Shown here: one piece after another, positions 33,389 to 40,769 of the stretch | How positions within the stretch are numbered: position 1 is the stretch's first letter | Layout: each line of letters begins with the position of its first letter | Source of the DNA: an uncultured delta proteobacterium | Lineage (GTDB): Bacteria > Desulfobacterota > Binatia > UBA9968 | Length of the DNA: 64,000 nt | Assembly: GCA_963771465.1 (NCBI GenBank) | Contig: CAVYTU010000010.1 | Location: 4,380-68,379 of the forward strand | Direction: 5' to 3' | Position numbers and translations under genes: made by a program | The notes under the pieces: model-generated | What the model was told of the DNA's origin: nothing | Seen by the model: the letters and a program-made list of their open reading frames with translations, nothing else | Databases searched by the model: none

Positions 33389-35161
33389 GTGGCGAAGCAA
33401 CAGTCAACCGAATCATTCGATCTGCCGCTCAAACGCGCTGCGGCGCGCGCAAGTTTTTCTTTAAGCGTCGGTTCGCGCTTGGACGTGGCCAGCGTCGTCA
33501 TGATCTGCGTTTCCGTTGTCACCGCTTATCTCGTTCTCCCGCCGCTGTACTCGGTCATTCAAACCAGCCTGTTCACCACCAAGCTCACCGGCGAGATCGA
33601 CCAGTTTACCCTGCGCTACTACGAAGATCTGCTGCGCGAGCTGCAGATCATCGGACCGTTTCTCAATACTTTTTATTTTTCCATCGGCAGTGCTTTGTTT
33701 GCAACTTTACTCGGCGGGTCGATTGCGTGGATTGTCGTGAGGACGGACAGCCCGCTGCGCGGATTGGGCTATTTCACCGCGTTCGCTTCCTTCGGCACGC
33801 CATTTATTCTCTACACCATCGGTTGGCTGCTGCTGCTCGGCAAAGCCGGTCCGATCAATTACTGGCTGAAGACTTTGCTTGATCAAACCGGCCCCGTCAT
33901 CAACGTTTATTCCATGTTCGGCATGATTTTGATCGAGTCGCTTTTGTGGTCGCCGTTTGTTTTTCTCATGCTCGCCGCGGCGTTTCGCTCCATGGACCCG
34001 TCCCTCGAGGAAGCCTCGGCGGCGTGCGGCGCGCGGGTTTGGCAGACCATGCGGCGGATTTCCTTACGCCTCATGTTGCCGGCGTTCTTTTCCGTCATGC
34101 TTTTGATCTTTATCCGCACCTTCGAATCCTTTGAGATTCCAGCTTTGGTCGGACTGCCGGGCGACATCCGTGTGCTGACGACGTCGATCTATCTCGACGC
34201 GCAGAAACTGCCGCCAAGGTATGGCAGCGCCGGCGCGTTTTCCGTGTTTCTGATGGTAGTGGTGGCGGTGACGCTCTATTTCTACTTTCGTATGACTCGC
34301 GAAGGCGACCGCTATCACACCGTGACGGGTAAAGGCTACCGGCCCGCGCTGATCAATCTCGGCCGCTGGCGCTATCTCGCCGGTTCGGCGCTGGTGACTT
34401 ATTCAATCGTTCTGCTGGTGCTGCCGTTCTTGATCATCCTCTGGGCGTCGCTGCTACCGTTCTACATGCAACCGTCGCTTGAGGGTCTGGCAAAATTCAC
34501 AATCAAGAATTACATGACGGCGATACACTACCCCAAGCTCACCGATGCAATCAAAAACAGCGTCCTGCTCGGTCTCGGCAGCGCCAGCTTAGTTATGGCC
34601 CTGACGTTACTCGCCTCCTGGTTGCTCGTCCGCACCAAGATTCGCGGCCGCTGGTTGCTCGATCTGATGACGACCTTGCCGTTGCTGTTTCCCGGTATCG
34701 TTATGGGATTGGCCATTTTACGCTTTTATCTGTTCGTGCCGATCCCGGTGTACGGCACTCTGTGGATTCTCCTGATCGCTTTCGTCACGCGCTATATCCC
34801 ATACGGTATCCGCTACACGCACTCCGGCTTGCTCCAGTTGCATAAGGAATTAGAAGAGGCGTCCTACGTTTCGGGCGCGTCGTGGTTTAGTTCCATGCGC
34901 CGCATCATCCTGCCGCTGATTACGCCGTCGTTTCTCGGCGGCTGGATTTTTATTTTCTTGCTGTCCGCCAAAGAGCTGTCCATGTCAGTGCTGCTCGTCA
35001 GCCCGCAAACCCCGGTGGTGTCGGTGGCTATCTTCGAACTTTGGGAAAACGCTCAAGTTGGCGAGCTCGCCGCCTTCGGTGTGATCTGGACGGTGATACT
35101 GGTCACGGTGGCAATCGTCTATTACGCCTTCGCGCGCCGTTACGGCATTCAGCAAAGCTGA
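33389..35161 (+). CDS. Fused two-domain ABC transporter permease (FbpB/AfuB/ThiP-like, about 12 TM)
   Basis: 590 aa with two MetI-like halves, each carrying an EAA-type loop (LEEASAACGARVWQTMRRISLRLMLP and LEEASYVSGASWFSSMRRIILPLITP). GTG start 14 nt after the SBP stop. Confidence 0.85.
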   Translation: MAKQQSTESFDLPLKRAAARASFSLSVGSRLDVASVVMICVSVVTAYLVLPPLYSVIQTSLFTTKLTGEIDQFTLRYYEDLLRELQIIGPFLNTFYFSIGSALFATLLGGSIAWIVVRTDSPLRGLGYFTAFASFGTPFILYTIGWLLLLGKAGPINYWLKTLLDQTGPVINVYSMFGMILIESLLWSPFVFLMLAAAFRSMDPSLEEASAACGARVWQTMRRISLRLMLPAFFSVMLLIFIRTFESFEIPALVGLPGDIRVLTTSIYLDAQKLPPRYGSAGAFSVFLMVVVAVTLYFYFRMTREGDRYHTVTGKGYRPALINLGRWRYLAGSALVTYSIVLLVLPFLIILWASLLPFYMQPSLEGLAKFTIKNYMTAIHYPKLTDAIKNSVLLGLGSASLVMALTLLASWLLVRTKIRGRWLLDLMTTLPLLFPGIVMGLAILRFYLFVPIPVYGTLWILLIAFVTRYIPYGIRYTHSGLLQLHKELEEASYVSGASWFSSMRRIILPLITPSFLGGWIFIFLLSAKELSMSVLLVSPQTPVVSVAIFELWENAQVGELAAFGVIWTVILVTVAIVYYAFARRYGIQQS

Positions 35162-35269
35162 CGCGAGCACCGTTTACGATATTTTCTTCTTCCTGCCGGT
35201 TTCAGTCGTTACAATTCATTTGGGTTGGCTCAATAGCGTCAACTTTTCGCGCTAAGTTAATTGTGCAGG

Positions 35270-35299
35270 ATGACAGTCATTTGCCACTTGGCGTATAAT
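35270..35299 (+). promoter_or_regulatory. Putative sigma70-type promoter for the downstream SBP gene
   Basis: ATGACA (35270-35275), an 18-nt spacer, then a perfect TATAAT (35294-35299). Confidence 0.4.
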
Positions 35300-35367
35300 C
35301 CACGCAATTGGGGTGTGCGCAAACTTTGCTCGGACAATTGCTCTGGCCGTTCAAAAATTACTCGGTT

Positions 35368-35408
35368 ATTTCAGTGTAGAACCGTAATCAGTGGTTTCAC
35401 ACTGAAAT
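35368..35408 (+). promoter_or_regulatory. Long leader hairpin in the predicted 5' UTR
   Basis: ATTTCAGTGT (35368-35377) pairs with ACACTGAAAT (35399-35408). An inner AACC/GGTT extension follows after a 2x2 internal loop, closed by a 9-nt loop. There is no T tract after it. Confidence 0.4.
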
Positions 35409-35466
35409 CAGCGTGGTTAAAAACTACTATGGTAAGCGCCCGTCGAGGGGATTCTGAGGAGGCGTG

Positions 35467-36462
35467 ATGAAACGTATCAATCGCAACTCTGTCTTGATGC
35501 TCTTTTCGTGTCTCGCCACGTTACTTTCTTGGCGCGTGGCTTTCGCACAACAGCACACGCTTGCCTTTAGCTCCGTCGATTCGCCCAATGCCAATTGGTA
35601 TATCGCCAAAGAGCGGCAGCTCTACAAAAAATATGGGCTCGATGTCGAATTGATTTTTATTCCTTCTTCGACGACTACGATTTCCGCGGTGGTCGCCGGG
35701 TCGGTTGCCGTCGGCAATATTTCCGGCGGGGCGACCGCGAATGCTGCCGTCGGTGGCGCGGGCGTGGTGGCCGTGGGCTGCTTTATCAACACCTTGCCCT
35801 ACGACCTTGTCGTCCATGAATCCATACGATCGGCGCAGCAGCTCAAGGGTAAGAGCATCGGCATCAGCCGCGTGGGGAGCTCCTCCGATGTGGCGGCGCG
35901 GGTGTTTCTCAAAGAGTTGAAGCTCGAGCCGGACAAAGACGTGGCGATTCTCCAAGTCGGCGGGTCGACCGAAAGAGCGGCCGCCTTTCGCACCGGACGC
36001 ATCGTCGCGTTTCCCGCGCCGCCGGGTGTGATCCATCTCACGCACGGCATGCCACACCGAATTCTCGCCAGTACGGCTGATTTCCCCAAAGGGTTTCCTT
36101 TCCCCTATGTCTGTCCGACGGCGTCCAAGAGCTTTGTGAAAAGCAATCGTGACACGATGAAGCGACTCTTGATGGCGCTGATCGACGCGACGCATTTCTT
36201 CAAAACGCGCAAAGAGGAAAGCAAAAAGATCATGGCGAAATATACGCGCCACAACAATGAAGCATTTTTAGAAAGCGCTTATCAGAGCAGCAACAAGCTC
36301 TTCGAGCAAATGCCGCTGGTAAATCGCGAGGGTATGGACGTGCAAGTAAAGGACGCGGTGTCGCGCAAACCCGGCAGCACGTTTAAAGTCGACGATGTCG
36401 TGGACGACACTTTAGTGTTGGAGCTGGAAAAGGAAGGCTTCATCAGCCGTATTTACAAATAA
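35467..36462 (+). CDS. NMT1/THI5-like ABC substrate-binding protein
   Basis: GAGGAGG upstream. Signal peptide MKRINRNSVLMLFSCLATLLSWRVAFA. Paralogue of 16483, 17526 and 24314. Confidence 0.8.
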   Translation: MKRINRNSVLMLFSCLATLLSWRVAFAQQHTLAFSSVDSPNANWYIAKERQLYKKYGLDVELIFIPSSTTTISAVVAGSVAVGNISGGATANAAVGGAGVVAVGCFINTLPYDLVVHESIRSAQQLKGKSIGISRVGSSSDVAARVFLKELKLEPDKDVAILQVGGSTERAAAFRTGRIVAFPAPPGVIHLTHGMPHRILASTADFPKGFPFPYVCPTASKSFVKSNRDTMKRLLMALIDATHFFKTRKEESKKIMAKYTRHNNEAFLESAYQSSNKLFEQMPLVNREGMDVQVKDAVSRKPGSTFKVDDVVDDTLVLELEKEGFISRIYK

Positions 36463-36535
36463 CGTCGCTTGCCTGCCCTTGCCAGCTGATTGCTGTCGTA
36501 GGAAAATATCCGCTATCGACTTAGGCATCGAACAC

Positions 36536-36931
36536 ATGGAGCAAAAGTATTTTTTCGGTTTGCTAGTTATCCTCGGGGCCGTCGCCTTCCGCATCGTCAT
36601 GCACTTCGTCGACAAGGGCCGTATCAAAGAAGAAGTCGAGACGCGGCTCGGCCGGGTTGTGTCGATTACGTGGAATCCGTTCGGGCGTGGTTGGTTTTTC
36701 GAAAAAAGCGAGCGCCATTACGACGTGACGTATATCGACCGTTCCGGCGAGACGATCTCGACTAGCTGCAAGACGAGTTTTTTTACCGGAGTGTATTGGG
36801 CGGAAGGGCCGGGCGTGACTGAAACTCCGCCACGTTTCATCTCGCGCCATCTGTGTGGCAAGTGTGGTTACGCCCTCAAGACGGATTGGCGCGCCTGTCC
36901 AAACTGCGGCAAGACCACTGAGTTCGCATGA
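36536..36931 (+). CDS. Hypothetical membrane-anchored protein with C-terminal zinc ribbon
   Basis: N-terminal TM helix (FFGLLVILGAVAFRIVMHF) and a C-terminal CGKCGYALKTDWRACPNCG (CxxC-x10-CxxC). Start chosen at ATG 36536. Confidence 0.5.
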   Translation: MEQKYFFGLLVILGAVAFRIVMHFVDKGRIKEEVETRLGRVVSITWNPFGRGWFFEKSERHYDVTYIDRSGETISTSCKTSFFTGVYWAEGPGVTETPPRFISRHLCGKCGYALKTDWRACPNCGKTTEFA

Positions 36932-37545
36932 TAATCAAGCACGACAAAGTTCTTGTCATTCGAATAGTCTGTGCGGTTTTTCTCATCGTTCAGCTCGTCG
37001 GCTGCGCCGGGAGCCCGCAAACGGGCGGAATCGAGAAACTTAGCTCGGCGCGGCTGGTGTTTTTGGCGCGCCACACCGAGCGTGAGTGGGAAGGCGAAGA
37101 TCCGCCGCTGACTCGCATTGGCGAGGCGCGCGCGCAGGCGCTCGCTGCCGCGCTGCGCGACGCGGGCGTCACGGCGATTATCACGACGCAGTGGCAACGC
37201 ACGCGTGACACGGCCAAACCGCTGGCGACTATTCTAAGAATAACTCCCGAAGTCGTGCCGGTGTATGAGGGGAAGGCGGGGGAGAATTCGCTAGCGGTCG
37301 CTAATGCGGTGCGCCGCCACAGGGATGAAGTTGTCTTAGTGGTCGGCCACATCACGGTGACCGGTGTTATCGCCGCACTCGGCGGGCCACGCTTGCCGAC
37401 GATCTGCGATAATGTTTTTTCCGATCTGTTTATGTTTGATCCATCGGCCGGCGACGGCGGACTGTTGCATTTGCACTACGGCGCCGTCGAAGATATCTCA
37501 CCGCAGTGCCGATTGACTGCGCCGCTTCGTGAAAACCGTGACTAG
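36928..37545 (+). CDS. Histidine phosphatase (phosphoglycerate mutase/SixA-like) family lipoprotein
   Basis: Lipobox-like LIVQLVGCAG. Catalytic RH motif (FLARHTERE) and a downstream VVGH. ATGA overlap with the preceding gene. Confidence 0.7.
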   Translation: MIIKHDKVLVIRIVCAVFLIVQLVGCAGSPQTGGIEKLSSARLVFLARHTEREWEGEDPPLTRIGEARAQALAAALRDAGVTAIITTQWQRTRDTAKPLATILRITPEVVPVYEGKAGENSLAVANAVRRHRDEVVLVVGHITVTGVIAALGGPRLPTICDNVFSDLFMFDPSAGDGGLLHLHYGAVEDISPQCRLTAPLRENRD

Positions 37546-37633
37546 ATTTCATTTCAACTCGGATTCCGTAGTTGAAATTGAAGCAGCGAGCGAGGCGCGA
37601 TCCTTCCGTAGTGAAGACAATGGGCCTGTGCCC

Positions 37634-37860
37634 CTGAGCAGGCAAGCGCCATCGTTGCCCAGCGAGCAATCCGTAGCCATTGGCACGGCATGCCAACCCG
37701 GCAAATTGACTTTGCAACCGTAGCGTTGGGTGTCTTCACTACTCCAGGCTCGCACCTCGCTCGGCGCACGCAATTACTTCGACTGCGGAATCCGGGTTCA
37801 ACACGGCGAAGAGAACATTCATTATGATTCGCTCGTTGTCGTGAGGAGAACGTTCAGGTC
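37634..37860 (+). repeat. Dispersed conserved intergenic element, copy A
   Basis: By-eye alignment to 53656-53845 in the same orientation. Two blocks are nearly identical: GACTT[TC]GCA[AT]CCGTAG.GT..GGTGTCTT..ACTCCAGGCT and GCGGAATCC(C)GGGTT[CT]AA. The sequence between them is looser. Confidence 0.6.
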
Positions 37861-39191
37861 GGCATCATTTCAACATCAATCGCCGCGCCGATTCCTGACT
37901 GCCAGCGGTAGACGACTAGGCCCAGCGCAATTCCAGTCAGGCTGAGGTAGCGAGTCGCGTCATTAGACAGTGCGATGCTGATTAGACAGAGCGCTACCGG
38001 CGGCAGGCTGATCGCGATTACGCCTGCCATACCCAACGGGATGCGATAGGGGCGCGCCATTTCAGGGCGCTTGATCCGGAGCCACACCAGGGCGGCAAAT
38101 TCGAGTATCAGCGCGGCAGCGTAGAGAAACATGTCGACCTCAATCAAATCCTGGAAAGAAAATGGAATGAGCGCGGCGACACCGATGCTATTCACCAAGA
38201 TCGCTTTCCAGGGCGTGGCAAACTGAGGATGACGAACCGCGAGCGCGCGCGGCAGCATGGCGCGCTCGGCCATGGCGAAGGGCACGCGCGCGGAAGTGCA
38301 CAAGAGCGCGTTCAACAATCCCGCGGCGCTGACCAAACCCGCCAAAGTTAACGCGCTGCCTAACCAGGGGCCGCCGATCAGCGCGGCGACTTTCGGGAAA
38401 TCGCCTTCTTTCCACAATGATGAATTCGGATCGATGCCGACGCCGACGGCCACCGGTAGCAAGTAAGACGCCGTCACGAGCAGCACGGTGTAAATCATCG
38501 CGCGCGGATAAACGCGACTCGGGGTTGCCACCTCGCCGGCGCAACAACCTGCGTTGTCCCAGCCCGACGTGTTCCAAAGCAACGCGCTCAGCAGCAACGG
38601 CCAGCTGATATCTTTGCTGTGCTTCAACCACAGCGTCGGCTCGACTTGCGGCGCGCCGAGAACGACCATCGCGGCGAAGGGCGCGAGCACGAGTACGGTG
38701 AAGACGACCGAGCTTAAGCCGACGAGACGGGTGCCGCGAATGTTGAGCCAAGTGATGGCGCCGATGAGCGCGGCACCTATGAGCCAGCGTTCGAGTGGCG
38801 CCATGTCGCCGCGCAGATAGGCGAGATAGTCGACAAACATCACGGGATAAAGCGCATTGTCGGCGAAGCTACAGAGCCAGCTCAACCAGCCTTCTTGAAA
38901 ACCCCAGAATCGGCCGAACGCTTTCTCGACCCAGACGACGTAGCCGCCGTCCTCGGGCATCGCCGTTGATAGCTCGGCGGTCATCAGTGCCGTCGGTAAA
39001 CTCCAGAGCCACGGCAGGATCAAAATTCCCAACAAGACGATTAGCGGGCCGCCGGCGCCGACCGCATCTTCCAGGCCGTACGCGCCGCCGGCGACGCAGA
39101 AAAACGTTAGGCCGACCAATGCGCGCAGATTGAGAGTGCGCGGCAGCGGCCGGGCTGACAATTCTCTGTTGTGCAATGTCGCAGTTGTCAC
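37854..39191 (-). CDS. APC-superfamily amino acid/polyamine permease
   Basis: 445 aa, about 12 TM, with the N-terminal FFCVAGGAYGLEDAV ... AELSTAMPEDGGYVVW pattern typical of APC transporters. Confidence 0.85.
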   Translation of the reverse strand: MTTATLHNRELSARPLPRTLNLRALVGLTFFCVAGGAYGLEDAVGAGGPLIVLLGILILPWLWSLPTALMTAELSTAMPEDGGYVVWVEKAFGRFWGFQEGWLSWLCSFADNALYPVMFVDYLAYLRGDMAPLERWLIGAALIGAITWLNIRGTRLVGLSSVVFTVLVLAPFAAMVVLGAPQVEPTLWLKHSKDISWPLLLSALLWNTSGWDNAGCCAGEVATPSRVYPRAMIYTVLLVTASYLLPVAVGVGIDPNSSLWKEGDFPKVAALIGGPWLGSALTLAGLVSAAGLLNALLCTSARVPFAMAERAMLPRALAVRHPQFATPWKAILVNSIGVAALIPFSFQDLIEVDMFLYAAALILEFAALVWLRIKRPEMARPYRIPLGMAGVIAISLPPVALCLISIALSNDATRYLSLTGIALGLVVYRWQSGIGAAIDVEMMPT

Positions 39192-39367
39192 GTGATCGTT
39201 GCGTCGCTCTCGATGGCGACTTCGGCGGAGAATAGCGATCGGATGTCGACGTTGTCAATCGATTCGATGGAGCAGCTTGATTGCGCGCGAATTGCTTTGT
39301 CGGCGCGGCGCAAAGCTGATAAGGTTTTCCATCGATTCCGAATCGACCAACTCGACAGCAAACTGCT

Positions 39368-40735
39368 ATGAGCCCATCGGCCCCATCGCGAAAACCAACG
39401 ATTCAACAGATGCGCAACCGTGTTTTCGAACGGGTGTTGGATCAGGAGCTATCCGAACTCACGCACTGGAGACGGTTAATCCATTCGTCGCTCAAAATCG
39501 CCGTGATGGTCGGGCGCGATTTCATCCAAAATTTGGTCAAACTTCAGGCGATGGCGTTGGCGTTCAAGACACTGCTCTCATTGGCGCCGCTATTAGCCGT
39601 TATTTTCTCGCTGCTCAAAGCCTTCGGTGTGCATAATCGAATGGAGCCGGCGCTCGCGGAAGCGTTGGCGCCGCTCGGCGACAAGGGCAGAGAGATCACC
39701 GTCTATTTAATCGGCTTCGTTGACAAGATGAGCGCCGGCGCGCTCGGCAGCGTCGGTCTCGTCACGCTGTTCATCACCGTACTGTCGCTGATGGGCAGCA
39801 TCGAGGAAGCGTTCAACTATATCTGGCGGGTCAAGTCGCCGCGCAAATTGGCGCGCCGATTCAGCGATTATCTGAGCGCGATCCTGGTCGGTCCGGTGTT
39901 GGTGTTCGCCGCAGTGACGATCACCGCGACATTGCAAAACAGTGCCTTCGTCAAGTCGCTGCTCGCGCTGCAAGCGCTCGGCGTGGTGCTGCTCTTTTTA
40001 CTGCGCCTGGTGCCCTATCTCACGCTTTGGGGCGCTTTCACATTCGTCTATATATTTATCCCCAACACGCGGGTCAGAGTGCGCTCGGCGTTGATCGGCG
40101 GCTTGATCGCGGCGATTCTTTGGCAGACGGTCGGGTGGGGCTTCGCCAGATTCGTCGCGTCTTCGACCCAGTACTATGCGATCTATTCGAGTTTCGCGAT
40201 TCTCCTGCTCTTCCTACTTTGGCTCCACATCGGTTGGCTGATCGTCTTGCTCGGCGCCCAAGTGACTTACGCGCATCAGCATATTCACTTCTTCCGAGGC
40301 GACCGCCAGCTGCTGGCGCAGAGCGCGGCGGGCCGGGAGCGGTTGGCGCTGCACATGATGCTCTTAGTCGGGCGCAACTTTTATCATGGCTTCGATCCGA
40401 TGACGGTGACCGACATGGCGGCGCACCTGCAGATACCCGCGGGTGTGGTCAAGGAGTTTATGGATATGTTCGCCGAGACCCGGCTGGTATTGCCGGTGGT
40501 CGACGGCGAGACCTACGTGCTCGCACGTGATCCCGAGACCATCGGCATCAAAGAAATCCTCGATTGCGTGCGAAACTCCGGCAGGAAAACGCGCGTGCGC
40601 ACCGATCTCAGCGAAGAGGAAAGTGAGATCAACGCGTTGCTGACCGGCGTCGAAGATGCCACGGCGAAAACATTGGCTGGCAAAAGTTTACAAGCGATGA
40701 TTCTACGGCTGACGCCGCCCGAGGCGCGGGAGTAG
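39368..40735 (+). CDS. YihY/BrkB (ribonuclease BN-like) family inner-membrane protein with C-terminal soluble extension
   Basis: QAMALAFKTLLSLAPLLAV ... YIWRVKSPR ... AILWQTVGWGFARFV ... YYAIYSSFAILLLFLLWLHIGW. An extension of about 130 aa resembling a winged-helix domain follows. Confidence 0.8.
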   Translation: MSPSAPSRKPTIQQMRNRVFERVLDQELSELTHWRRLIHSSLKIAVMVGRDFIQNLVKLQAMALAFKTLLSLAPLLAVIFSLLKAFGVHNRMEPALAEALAPLGDKGREITVYLIGFVDKMSAGALGSVGLVTLFITVLSLMGSIEEAFNYIWRVKSPRKLARRFSDYLSAILVGPVLVFAAVTITATLQNSAFVKSLLALQALGVVLLFLLRLVPYLTLWGAFTFVYIFIPNTRVRVRSALIGGLIAAILWQTVGWGFARFVASSTQYYAIYSSFAILLLFLLWLHIGWLIVLLGAQVTYAHQHIHFFRGDRQLLAQSAAGRERLALHMMLLVGRNFYHGFDPMTVTDMAAHLQIPAGVVKEFMDMFAETRLVLPVVDGETYVLARDPETIGIKEILDCVRNSGRKTRVRTDLSEEESEINALLTGVEDATAKTLAGKSLQAMILRLTPPEARE

Positions 40736-40769
40736 CGCGGCAACTGGCAGGGGATGTGTGAAAGACGGT

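Noticed and set aside
35300-35466. TPP (THI-box) riboswitch upstream of an NMT1/THI5-like SBP gene
   Set aside because: I could not find the conserved CUGAGA and ACCCUUUGAACCUGAUCUGG(A/U)UAAUGCC-type core. Only loose resemblance exists (GGGGTG..., GAACCGTAATCAGTGGTT). It needs a covariance-model scan before any claim.
37785-37812. tRNA T-arm-like string (CCGGGTTCAACACGG) in repeat copy A
   Set aside because: No acceptor, D or anticodon arms can be drawn around it. Copy B reads CCCGGGTTTAATGCC. It is not a tRNA or tRNA remnant that I can support.
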